Assembly: GCA_024679065.1 (NCBI GenBank)
Contig: JAGIQG010000008.1
Coordinates: 30,382,001-30,442,000 of the forward strand
Direction of reading: 5' to 3'
Length of the DNA stretch: 60,000 nt
Source of the DNA: Sphyrna mokarran
Taxonomy: Eukaryota
Position 1 is the stretch's first letter. Every line of letters begins with the position of its first letter. Below are positions 1 to 11,800 of this stretch, piece after piece. A program made the translations under genes and the position numbers. The notes under the pieces were generated by a model. The model was not told where the DNA came from and did no database searches. It saw nothing but the letters and a program-made list of their open reading frames with translations.

Positions 1-965
1 GACATTGGTGTGCTCCCTCTTGAACCTGTGTTGTCGGAACATCGACAGTGCTGTTAGGAAGGGAGTTCCAGGATTTTGCCCCAGTAACAACAACGGAATG
101 GTGCTGATGTTCCAAGTCAACATGCTATGTGACTTGAAAGGGAAATCGCAGGTGATAGTGATCCTACACATTTGTTGCCCTACCCTTCTTGGCACTAGTG
201 GTCTTGGGTTTGGAAAGATTGCTGGAAAATTGCTAACCATTAGACCTGCATATTTTTAATGTAAATAGGTAGTTAAAGTTCTAATTCAGAGACCATTATG
301 GGATGAGATTCTTCATTTACATTGGCCTGGCATTTCACCAAAAGCCCTTTAAAAGTTGCTGTCTTGTTCAGGTTAAAAGACTGCACCCTGCACTCCTGAG
401 TTGACTCCGTTGCAGGAATAGACTTGTCCTCACCCTCTGCCATTTTAATGGATTTAGGCTGGGTTTTCAGGAATTATGAGCCATAGTCTACATGAGGAGA
501 TCTTTTAGAAGCTAAGTTCAAAAGGGTCTCATGTCCTTCCACTGCCAACACCTACCCGCACCCCCAAACCGGTAAGTTTCCCTCAAATAACACCTACAGG
601 CTATCATGTATCCTATGCCAAGGCATGCCCTTGCTGCTCTCTATACCAAGCTACACTCCACCAGAGACCCTCATGTTCTCATGCCAAGCTATATTACTTT
701 CATGTCCATTGACCCATTATATACCGTATAGAAGCAATGAACCCCACTGTAACGGAGGGTATTTGAAAAAAACTTTTGAGTAGTCATTCATCCATAATTT
801 CCCCCATTAAAAAAGTTGAATAACGTATCAATCATCCAAACTCTTTACAGTTTCCATAGCTGAAAGCTTTTAACCTTGACTAAATAAACATTACAAAATT
901 GACAGCACAGGTCAGAGTACTAGAACTGTCAATCAAGCAATTTTTCACTAAGGCTTAGGTGATTT

Positions 966-1237
966 GATGTAGAGATGTTGGTGTTGGACTGGGGTAAACA
1001 CAGTAAGAAGTCTGACAACATCAGGTTTAAATCCAACTGATTTATTTGATAGTAAACTCGCAAGCTTTCGACTCTATGGCCTTCGTCAGGCGAATGAGGT
1101 GTTCTGGTCTCCATATATGCTGTTGGACACCACAACACCTCATTCTCCTGATGAAGGCCATAGAGTCAAAAGCTTGTGAGTTTACTATCAAATAAATCAG
1201 TTGGATTTAAACCCGGTGTTGTCAGACTTCTTACTGT
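966..1237. mobile_element. Non-autonomous PLE fold-back (inverted pLTR) mini-element with a 13-bp TSD
   Basis: 105-nt inverted arms (999-1103 / 1134-1238, 6 mismatches), homologous to the 3' end of the PLE at 59595-59690; TSD GCTTAGGTGATTT at 953-965 and 1238-1250. Confidence 0.88.
1057..1094 (-). ncRNA. Minimal type I hammerhead ribozyme motif with intact core
   Basis: Minus strand reads ttcgc-CTGACGA-a-ggc-cataga-gtc-GAAA-gctt-gcgag: stem I ttcgc/gcgag, stem II ggc/gtc, palindromic AGCT stem III. Confidence 0.72.
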
Positions 1238-1414
1238 GCTTAGGTGATTTAACAGACCACTGGATTTCTGGGCTCTCAGCCATATCATATTATGTATTCT
1301 GTCTGGTTGCACATTATATGTTCAGAGGGCCCATCTGAAATCAGCCAATCTGGCAAAATTGTGGCACAACTTTATAAGTTGAATATAGTGAAGTGTGTTT
1401 GAAATACCTATTTA

Positions 1415-1690
1415 ATCTTTCATGAGCTGTTGGCGTTGCTTTGTTCTTCATTCTTTATTACCTATGAAGTGAATGGTCTGGTAGGTTATTTCAGAGGGCA
1501 GTTGAGAGCCATCTATATTATTGTGGATCTCAAATCATATGTAGGTCTGATCATGGAAGGATGACAGATGCCCTTCCTTAAAGGATCCTATAGGTTTTCA
1601 TGATTGATAGTTTCATGGTCATCATTGCTGAGATAGCTCTCACTGAACTGAATTTAAATTCCACCAGCTACTACAAAGCCAGCAAGCATT
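1415..1690 (-). mobile_element. SacSINE1/DeuSINE-like SINE, diverged
   Basis: agagggcagttgagag...gacagatgcccttccttaaagga...gtttcatggtcatc...gaatttaaattccacc. Confidence 0.6.
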
Positions 1691-2679
1691 CAAGTGCAGG
1701 GGCAGCACAATGTCAAGGAGTGGAGTGAAAGGGATGGGAGAGGTCTGAGAGCAGGCTAGCTCAGAAGTTGCAAATAATGAGAAACAGAAGAGCATCAAAG
1801 AATGGGAGAGGAATAGCATAAAATAAAGCCATGAGTTGGGAATGCAGGAGTATAATTTGTGTGAAGATATTGGCTGCAACAGGAATGTAGCACAGACGTG
1901 TGGGAGTTAGGAAAGAGCAGATCAAAGCTGGAGGTGGTAACAGAAGAAGGACAGGTGGTCAGAAAAAGAGACAAAGGTCCAATTATCAGCCAAACAATTA
2001 TTGATTGATTAGTCATCTGCTATGCAATAATTTCAGAGATGATACTTTGAAAAGGTGTGTCACACTAATGTGCTCATGCAATTGAATTATAAGTCAGTGG
2101 ATTTTGCAATGGATTGTGATATGTCAGAATTTGGAGGAAGAGAGCTGAATGTTCAAGTCAGAGGCAACCTACCCCACTATTGTTTTCTACCTTAAATATT
2201 TCTCTAGCCTCCCTTGCATGCAATTATTCTATTTAACTACTTGTGGTATAATTCCGGGTTAACATTTCAGAGGGCTGGATAGGATAGGTGCTGAGGTTCT
2301 CTTCCCGGAAGAGACTAAAATAAATCAGAGTCATTCAGGACTGTGATTCAAAGAACTAGCTTCATTCAGAAGGCTGCAAATCTTTGGAGAGCTGTAGATG
2401 CTCAATCAAGAATGTTTAAGATCAAGAGAGATATCTTTTGGGCACTGAAGGAATTGAGAGAAATGAGAATGGGGCATGAAAATGAAGTTGCAATAGATGG
2501 TCAACTATGACCTCATTCAGTAGTGTAGCAGACTTGGTAGGACTTGCTCTTGAATTCCATGTTGGATTTATTGCTGACTGATGTTTATTGTCCTACTTTT
2601 GGTCTTCTCTTCAGGTGGAGATGTCTTCTCTGTCTAGCTTCCATAATACTGACAGATATCTATAAGATAATCTCAGCAT

Positions 2680-3171
2680 CATAGAATCCCTACAGTGCAG
2701 AAGAGACCACGTGACCCATTGAGTCTACACCAACTTTCTGACATTGAGTGGGATTTTCTGGCCATGTGCCCCAAGACCAGAAAATTTTGCCTGCAGTCAA
2801 TGAACAATTGCATGATCCTATCCTGCCCACTACAGGAATCATAGCAGGTGGGACAGGGCCATGCAAAGTTCTGGTGGAAAAATTCTGCTCTGAATATTTT
2901 AACCAGGTCCTTTCCCCCACTATTCCCACACATTTCCATGGCTAATCCATCTAAACTACACATGCTGGGACACTTAAGGGACAATTCAGCATGGTAATCT
3001 ACCTAACATACTCTTCTTTGGTCTATAAAAGAAATCGGTGTACCTAGAAGAAACCCTCAGACACAGAGAATGTGCAAAGTCCACACATACAGTGACCCGA
3101 AGCCGGAATTGAACCCTGGTCCCTGGCACTGAGAGGCAGCAGTGCTAATCACAGTGCCATCACGCTGTCCC
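2680..3171 (-). mobile_element. tRNA-derived SINE (HE1-like), split by a MITE-like insert at ~2747-2890
   Basis: Reverse complement of the head ggcac.gtg.ttagcactgctgcctc...ggttcaattcc and the tail cactgtagggattctatga. Confidence 0.8.
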
Positions 3172-3184
3172 CCTGTGATCCCTC

Positions 3185-3840
3185 AACCTTACTTCTAGAA
3201 AAACAAGCCAGAGCCTTGTTTAGCTTCTCCTGGTAATTATATTCTCTCAGTCCTGATATCATCCTCGTGAATCATTTTGCACCATTTTGTGCCTCCGTAT
3301 CCTTTTCATAATATGGAGACCAGAACTGTGTACATTGAGAGTACACAATACTCTTAAACATGAAATAACTTAAGGTTTGATGGTGTGGAATTGGTGGCAT
3401 TGGACTGGGATAAGCACAGTAAGTAGTCTCACAACACCAGGCTAAAGTCCAACAGGTTTATTTGGTAGCATGAGCTTTCAGAGCATCACTCCAAAATGAA
3501 GGAGCAGCACTCCGAAATCTCGTGCTACTAAATAAACTTGTTGACTTTAACCTGGTGTTGTGTAACCAAGGTTTAATATGTTTGACATAACTTTGCTGCT
3601 TTTCTGTTCTCTCTCAGCAGAAATGAAACCATTTTCTCTTTACTTTGTAAAGGGCTTTGTTAATCAACATAGTTACTTCTGGTGATTTAAATATCCGTGC
3701 CTTTGATCCTTTTGCATCTCTGCCCCATTAAGATTCTGTATCCAAACTAGTGGCAGCCTCCTTATTCTTCTCACCAAAGTGTCATGCCTTACCCTTATCC
3801 ATGTGAAAATTCATTTGCTATTTATACCTCTATTCTGTAA
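3185..3840 (-). mobile_element. Old CR1 LINE remnant hosting the second PLE fold-back
   Basis: ggagaccagaactgt (QFWSP on the minus strand) and the typical CR1 aaccaaggttt context. Confidence 0.6.
3379..3562. mobile_element. Second PLE fold-back mini-element (related subfamily) inserted in an old CR1 fragment
   Basis: Inverted arms 3430-3492 / 3501-3562; truncated hammerhead remnant atgaaggagcagcactccgaaatctcgtg; degenerate TSD taac(t)taaggttt / taaccaaggttt. Confidence 0.75.
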
Positions 3841-5101
3841 ATTTATGGTCAGGCTAAGAGTTACTGTAACTTGAATGGAGAACTGAGACTAAGAATTTTA
3901 ATAATCATTCAGATAAGTTTGGACGAAATGTCACTTGGGAATATTGGCTCAAGGAGTTGAAATTTTCCTGTGCACTACTTTTAACTCACTGGCCATGGGT
4001 TTACATCAAGTTCTTCTTTGGACTATTTTAGCAGTCATTAACCTAGTTATTTTAAACAGGTTAATGATATTAAAGTACTGCACAAATCAATTGAATACAA
4101 ACATGCTAAACTATACCCTACCTGTAGCACTCTGGGATTTTAGCTTAATTACTTTTGAGGGGAATTTCTTAACAAATTAGCCTTGCTGTTTATTTACAAA
4201 TATTCTCCTTGATGCTACGTGACATTGTTGCTATAATATTCTGGGTTTTCTGTGTATGCATATAGGTGGAAAAGTGAAGACACAGTATCAGATATATTTT
4301 ACTTAACCATTCTCCAATTAAATAATTGAATCACAAGGGTACTGTGCAGTGCAGAAAATTCATGAAGCATTCTGTGAAGGACTCCAAAGGGAACTAGGAA
4401 AATCCAATTTAAAAAATGTAATTTGTAAGATAAATAAAAAGCTTCAAAAGGCAGGGAAGAAAACTTGTGGTGTATTCTGCATTCGCCGATTCAATCTTCT
4501 ACCAGTTCTAAGGGGGAGATTTTCAGGCCTCGTGTGGAAATTTCTGCCTGAATGCAACAGACCTTCAATAGTGTGCCAAATGCCATCTATGATTCCCGTG
4601 GCAGGTGGGACGGGAAATTTAAGTGTTGTTGGACTTATTGGAGGGGGTGGAATTAATGCTAAGATTGGCCTTATTGGGAGGGGGCATTAATGCTTTCCTT
4701 TAAGTTTTATTATGGGGTTGGAACTACGATATTGATCCCTATACTTATAATAGAGATGCGATTCCCTCTCAATCAAACCATCCAACAGTCGCCAATTGAT
4801 TTCTGACTAACCATGTTCCAAGCCTTTTCCTTCATTCTTTTCACTTGTCTATCCCTGATTTCCTTTGCCGATGACAATCATGCTTTCAGCTGTTTAGCCT
4901 TTAAGCAAAGACGTTCATCCCTAAATTTCTCTGCCCCTTTAAAATACTCCTTAATATTTCTGCATCTCTGTTAAATTTTGTCTGATAATCACGAATTGCA
5001 GGGATGCAATTCTGCAATGGAATCCCCAAATCTGCAATAATGCTTGAAATTTTAAAGCAATTTCAGGTCAGCAGGGGAGAAATTTAACAGAACCCATATT
5101 A

Positions 5102-5400
5102 AAGAATCCCTACAGTACAGAAGGAGACCATTCAGCCCTTTGAGTCTGTACTAACCACATCCCACCCAGTCCCTATTCCCATTGACCCAACTATTTACCC
5201 TGCTAATCCACCTGACACTCAGGCCAATCAACCTGACCCATGTACATCTTTCACTGTGGGAGGAAACCAGAGCACCCAGAGAGCCACACAGTCGGGGGGA
5301 GAAAGTACAAATTCCACACAGAAGTGACCTGAGGCTGGAATTGAACCTGAGTTCCTGTCACTGTGAGGCAGGTGTGCAAACCTCTGCATCAACATGCCAC
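5102..5400 (-). mobile_element. tRNA-derived SINE (HE1-like)
   Basis: Same head, body (tgtgggaggaaacc.gagcacc) and tail motifs. Confidence 0.8.
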
Positions 5401-6853
5401 TCCAAAAGGGCACTGGAGGAAAAGTGGGGGCATCTTGTCACCCTGTTGTGATAAAGGCCCACCTGTTGCAGTAATTAGGCTGACATGTAAGACAGCAAAC
5501 CACTCAGCTCGCTGAAACATTAGCGTAAAATGGTTTAAATAAGCACAAAACTGCGGGTGAAAGAGGAAGGAATCTAGACAATGTGACTTCTACCTAATAG
5601 CCCTGGATATTGAATAGTCTCACATGCGCTCTTTAAAGCAACCACTAACTGTTCCTCTGAAACAAAGAAGAACCTGTAATGTCCCCACCCAACTTGCACA
5701 AAAAAACTCCAACTCCTTTGAGACTGTGAAAAAGTGATAAATTATCTGATTTTTTTCTCCCTCACTTTTTTTGCAAGAATTGTTAGGATCAGGTATCCTT
5801 GGATTAGCCAGCAAATTCTTGAAACTTTTGAATTAAGAATGAACAATTTTGATTTGAACCAATTGCCCCTCCCCCCCCCAACCCTCTGCATCCCCCCTCC
5901 AAGACACTGCTAACCTATATGTAACTTCGTCTAGAAACATGCATCTACTGGGACAACGGCCAGATTTGACTGAGCTTCAGTAGCTGATCTCCAATCAGAT
6001 GAAGTCACTTTATAACCATAAGTAGAATCAGTTGGATCCAAAGAGGGCAATCATGCAATGTGGGTGACTGCGAATAATTAATTCTGGTGCAAAAATATTT
6101 TTCAGATAAAAAAATTATTTTATTCTTTTTTTTTCATTAGACTTTGGCACTCAGTCAGGAGGTTTTGAGGTCACTGAAATAACTTGGTTTGCAGCATAAT
6201 TTGCAGTATGTTTGACATCATTCAGGAAAAACGGCACAAGTAACTCTACTACCTGGTAATGTACTGAGAGCATAGAAACCTTACACTTCCAAGATATGAA
6301 ATCCAGGTGTATTATTAAATGATCCTCACATCCTATTGTAAGTATACTAGAGCAATCCTTTTCTCGAGCAAAGTTATGGGCAAAACATAGTTAACCTTAT
6401 TAATATTTGCTCACTAAAGCATGAAAAATGTGTGCAAATTATGTTTTATTGGCTGCACTATGCAATCTTACAAATACTTAATTCGTGACTTGCATCATCT
6501 TCCACTATAATTAATTGCTACGCATTTGTCTCTTGAGAAATTGACTGCGTGCAGCAGCACTGCATGTGGGCTATTTCTCCCAGGAATTTTTATGACAATT
6601 TCTCTTACCTCCTCTTTCTTAAAATAAAGTGACTGTCCGTGCCTTTGGCACGCAGTTAGCAGAGTTTACCATAGTTCACTTTAGAACCTCTCAGACTGCT
6701 AGTAAGGCACACTAGACAAGCAAAGCCTGTCCATAATAAAGGTAAATCAATATTATTCTTACAAATATCAAATGTAGTATTTAATCTTTTACCATTTGTG
6801 TTGGAAGCAATGACATTACCACATCTGGTACTGATTTCCAGCTGCCCTCCATG

Positions 6854-7848
6854 TGTTACAATTATGAGATTTATAAGATTATGTTTTGGGATGTCATTTT
6901 TAGCTTAAGGTAGAATAAAGGGGGTCATGCCACCTGTCCTGGAATTTGCCTGACAGCAAAGCTGGGTGGTTTGATTGCTAGAGATTAAGGAAAGACCAGA
7001 TTGTTTTACTGGGAAGATGGTGCAAGTTGTTTATATTTGGAGACAAAGGCAGCAGCCCCTGGGGCTAACATTTGGTGGACTCATTCTCCAAAGTGCCAGA
7101 AATGTTTTAAGAATGTGAGGTTGTAAACAGTTTTATTTTAAACTGTTCACAAACTATCAAATTGAGAGTTATGGTCTCAAGGATAGATAATCATTTCTAC
7201 CTGGATACAAGGCCCACATGATTCACTTTGCCCAGAGGAGGGCTTTGAGATTGGAGGGGTACAATGGAAGCTATTGTGATATCAGATTATAAACTTTCCT
7301 GAAATGTCACTGATTATCCCAGATAGGTTAGTCTGCTAGGAACCACATGACAGAAAGGTCAGTTAGAGGCAAAAGTCTTTTTGGTTCACTGCTCAGAAAG
7401 GCAGGCAGGAGCTCGTGCTTAGGATGGACAGACCTCATTCATGAGGTGTTACAATAAATCTGGTAAATCATCCAGCCTCAGCCAGATTGAGATGTCTCTA
7501 GGAAACTTGGACTTGAAAGACAATTCTGGATTTAAAGCTTTCTAGGCTAGGGGAAAGAAAAATCAGAAGTAAACCTGCAAGAGTTCAGAATAAGTTTTGG
7601 CTGGTTTTCGGTGAATTGAATGTCTGCTTAAAGGACAGTGTAACCATCAGTGTAGCTGATGGTTGGCTTCTTATAATTATGTTAAAAGTTCTGCTCTGCA
7701 TTTTAAAGTGCAAGTTGAGTCAATAGTCCTTTGTTACACTAAGTGTCTTAAAACATCAGATCTTATTGTGTCATTCTTTCAGCTATTAACCGGAAGTTCA
7801 AATTTCTTTTTAATGGTTACTGGTCTCTACAAAGATTGTCATATAACA
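6854..7848 (+). mobile_element. Possible solo LTR (~1 kb)
   Basis: TGTTA...TAACA termini and composition distinct from the flanks; no convincing TSD. Confidence 0.35.
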
Positions 7849-7970
7849 AACATTTTGTCTCTATTTTCACAGGAAAGGCCTTAGCTTGTGATCAAATGTT
7901 GAACATCTTTCTATAATGATTCCAGGTTAGGCACAAAACAGAACAGAATGAGTTTCACATATCAGTTATT

Positions 7971-7976
7971 TTTATT
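7971..7976 (-). terminator. Probable polyadenylation signal of the FAR transcript
   Basis: Minus-strand AATAAA followed ~20 nt later by CA and a GU-rich tract (ttctgttctgttttgtg). This would give a ~0.77 kb 3' UTR. Other AATAAA lie at 8543, 6445, 6119 and 4189. Confidence 0.5.
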
Positions 7977-8723
7977 CTGTTGTCATAAAAATGTGGTATG
8001 TTGCTGCCAAGGTCTCCAGTTGGTAATTGTTGGTAAACATGGGGAGAGGGAAATGTTGACTTTCTGCAAATATTAGCAACCAATTCAGAAATTTTGGTCA
8101 AGTGTAAAACACCTAGTAATGTTTGTTAAGCTTTCTTTGCCATTTTAGCACCAAGAAGTAGAATGTTACTGTGTTATTGCTGGAAAGTGACCTTCCTGTT
8201 ACATTAACTGTACAATGGGCTCTAAACCCTATTCACAAAGATAACTGAATGCAATACGATTCTCGAATGCAGTGGGACTACTAGTTCGACACACTGTGCA
8301 GGTTCCTCTTGTGAATAAGGCCCTGCATCCAAACTGTAATGGTGCAGAAGAGACATTTTTTTTGTACTTGACAATCCATTCCAGCAATTACCTGTAAAGT
8401 CAAGCCAGGATATTGCAAGACAGTGTGTAGAAATATACAGACATTGAAAAACTGTTTATGCTGTCAATCTGAAGAAGGTGGTAAATGCTAGAAAACCGGA
8501 CGACCACACCAGCATGTGCTCAGTGTGAAAATATTATCGTTCTTTATTATAACATTGGCAGTGTGTAGTTTGGTTACGTTGGAATGCAGAGTCATATTAT
8601 TTTCTTTACAGTGGCTTGGGAAGTCTTGTGGCCTTTCTGGGACGGGGATATTCCTAAAGGATTGCTTGCTGTTTGCAGCAAATTGAGGCTCTTCAATTTG
8701 CAGCTTGCCACATGGGGCAGACC

Positions 8724-8886
8724 TCAGTGCCGGATAGTACTGGATGCCCTGAAGTAGGACAGGAATTTGTAACACAGGCTCACCACAAAGTACCAGATGT
8801 GGCGAGCCATTTGTGATCGAGCAATAAAAACACGCCAGATGACAACGAGGAGGATAGTGTTGAAGGCATAGCGGATGTTTCGTAGC
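8724..8886 (-). CDS. FAR2: FAR last coding exon (163 nt to stop): [53 protein letters not shown]; includes the hydrophobic membrane anchor
   Basis: Acceptor ttctgttcttgcag; TGA at 8726-8724; conserved FAR C-terminus. Confidence 0.96.
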
Positions 8887-11800
8887 CTGCAAGAACAGAA
8901 AAATTTCAGAGGTCAGTATACTTTTTCATTCTATTGTGGCCAGGGGGGCCAACTATAACAGTGATTACAATAACAACAACAATATTAACTTTAACAGCAA
9001 TTAAGAATGCTGCAAACTTTGGTCAAGATCTAATTAAATACATGCTGCTTAGAAAGTTGCTGCAAGTCGCAACCTATCCTGTGAGCTATGACTACTTGCT
9101 GTGGTGGCCAAATAAGAATAGTTGTTTTACTCCACTGGAATGACAGTGCCACTGTTACCATATATGGTGAGGCTATATAAACAACTCCCAAATGTTTATA
9201 CAAACTGCACGTAAATTATGAGTAACTCCATGGCCATGATCGAACATTGTGATTGGCTTCTGGTTACATCATTGGCTGAATGTCAGTGAATTTTCTGGAA
9301 GATTGGGACAGTTTGGGGATAAAAGGTGTGTTTCAGCTTTTTGTCTTCAGTGATAAGTTGACACTCGCCTCACAAGTCTGCCCTGAAGGAACATCTGCAG
9401 AGAATGCAAAGAACCACGTGGAAGAATCTACAATGGGAATGAACCTGGCCAGCTCATTCGAAACTGGACTGTATTCATTTACAGTTAAAGAGTTGAGATA
9501 TTAGGATTGAGGTGGTGCAACTGTTGAGTTTGAGATTGAGTTATGTTAAATGAATGAAAGTTGGTTTAAGTGAATTTGAGTTGACTCCTGTCCTTTGGTT
9601 TGATATACTAAACTAAGTGCCTGGAAAGAGATTTAAGTTTAAAGCTGGATAGTACGGTGTTGAGCAGTAAATAATCTATCTTAGTACTCGCACAACACCT
9701 GTTTCCATTGCGTAAATCATCTCTGATTTGCAGAGCTTAATATTTTTATTATTTTAGTGGATGTAGTTTGACAGCCACAAATTGTTATCTACATCCTCTG
9801 CAACATTTCTTTTTATAGCTGATGTACTTCACCTCATGTAACATGTGTGAGGTCCATTGTAAGGTGAGACCTGAGGCAATACAACTGAGGACTCTTTTCT
9901 TCCTTAAGAACAATATTTTTAAATACACTTTCAAAGTTTCATTACACTCCTTTAAGTTACCACTTTGTGTCCTACTACACCATTCACTGGCAGATAAACC
10001 TTCTACCCCAGTGAGAAAGCAGCCTACATTCCCATTTACACTAAACCTCCACTTAACATTTCTCCATGTCGTGGGTCTCAGTTCTGGCAAAATGTCTATG
10101 CTGAAAACATAAGCCTGATTAGTTTTCAGATAGAGGATTGAACTGTTAATTACTGAAAGATGCCCGATTTGTGTTGCTCTCCTGGTGTCAGGAGAAAGGA
10201 TTTCCTGGAAGAACACACAGATCTTGAGGTGGGTAAGACGAACAGCTGAAAGTTATATCATTGTTTCCCACATGGACCAAAGGGCTTCACATGTTTTCCT
10301 GAAACTTTGAATGTAGGAAAAAAAATAGAGGCCATGAAAAATCAGCACCTCAAAAAGTAGCTATTGCTGGATCACTGCTAATCTGCACATTGACGAGTAA
10401 GAATGAGTTAAAATAGGTCAGTGCATAGGTGCAGAGTTGGTGAAGGAGGGAGAGTTCCAAATTCCTTTGGCATTGGAGGAATTTCTAGGGCAGGAGGACC
10501 CTGAACAAGATGAACAGGTGTTACCACAACAGGGCTGGGACAAATGTCCACAAATGGTTAAATCATGCTGAGGGAAAGATATAAGCTAGATTGGCAGGGG
10601 ATTAGACATGAGAACAAAGCACAAGAGAAGGTGCACAGAGCTTTAAAAAGACAAATTGCACTCAAGTAACAAAGATGTTTGGAAATAGGAAAGTGAATTT
10701 GAGTGGAGGTGCATAAACTTGAGTATGGCAAGTTGGCTTTGTGATCTGTAGGCACAAATATTGTAGTATGGGTAAAATCTATTAGCTGCTGTGGTGGGCC
10801 TGTCCAGTGACTAGAAAACTAAGTAAGCACCTGTTCAGGCCAATGAACTAGCCAGCATGTCTTTCAGCCTGTGGGAGGAAACTAGAGCACTCGGAGGAAA
10901 TCCAGGTACAGGGAGAACATGCAGACTCCACACAGACAGTGACCAAAGCCAGGAAGTGAACCCAGGTCCCTGGCGCTGCAAAGCAGCAGGAGCAACCACT
11001 GTGCTGCCCCTGGTGGCAACTCCTGCTCAGCAATTATCAGGAGCTGTGTTAGGATTAAGTTCTAACAGCAATTTTCCATTGGACTTCATGGTACAGAAAT
11101 GACTGTCCTGCCTCTGTGAACTGCTGGCCAAACAAAGGCTAGCAGCTCCCCAGCACCACTCAGAGCAGTGGCTACTGCCAGTAGGGACCTGAGCTGAAGA
11201 TCACTGCTGCAATACTGGACCTTAGTTAAAATGGGGCAGGATCAAGATCACTAGGCCAGTCAGTGAAGCCAAGATGGGTTGGTGGTGGTTGTTGTGGGTG
11301 GCAGCAGTGCATCCTCACTCATGTGCCTCACAAGAAAGAAAGAATTGACCTCCACGAGATTACAGCTTTACCCACCACAGTTTATCTGGCAGTTTGCCCA
11401 TATGGCATGGTCCCACCTGCCTCTGGTTAAATATCTGCAGCAATGGGATAAGCCTCAATTGGCTTCTGCAGTGGGAAGGCTATACCAAACTCTTCCCTCT
11501 CCAGCCTTACTTGGGATGATCAGGAAGGCAATGGGATCTCCATCCTGCACTTTCCCACCCCATTCTATGGCTCCGTACTACCCTCTGTCCTCCCAACACC
11601 CCCCCATCCCACTTTTCCAGGCAGCACTGAATTCTTCCTTATGACAGAGTTCTGGCTCACAGAGAATTTTGAACTTAATCATTTTAGTTACACATTATTA
11701 TGGAAAGGTAGAGGAAGGAAAATAGAAATGACATGGTAGCATCGGTCAAATAAACTATTTTTAGCACAGGAGAGTGATGAGAGGGTTAAATGTATAAAAA

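Noticed and set aside
1..6800. Exons of a convergent neighbouring gene (e.g. ERGIC2)
   Set aside because: No recognisable coding exon; the region is repeats and AT-rich non-coding DNA.
8488..8892. 134-aa minus-strand ORF
   Set aside because: It is an alternative frame over the FAR last exon and UTR; the true frame ends at 8724.
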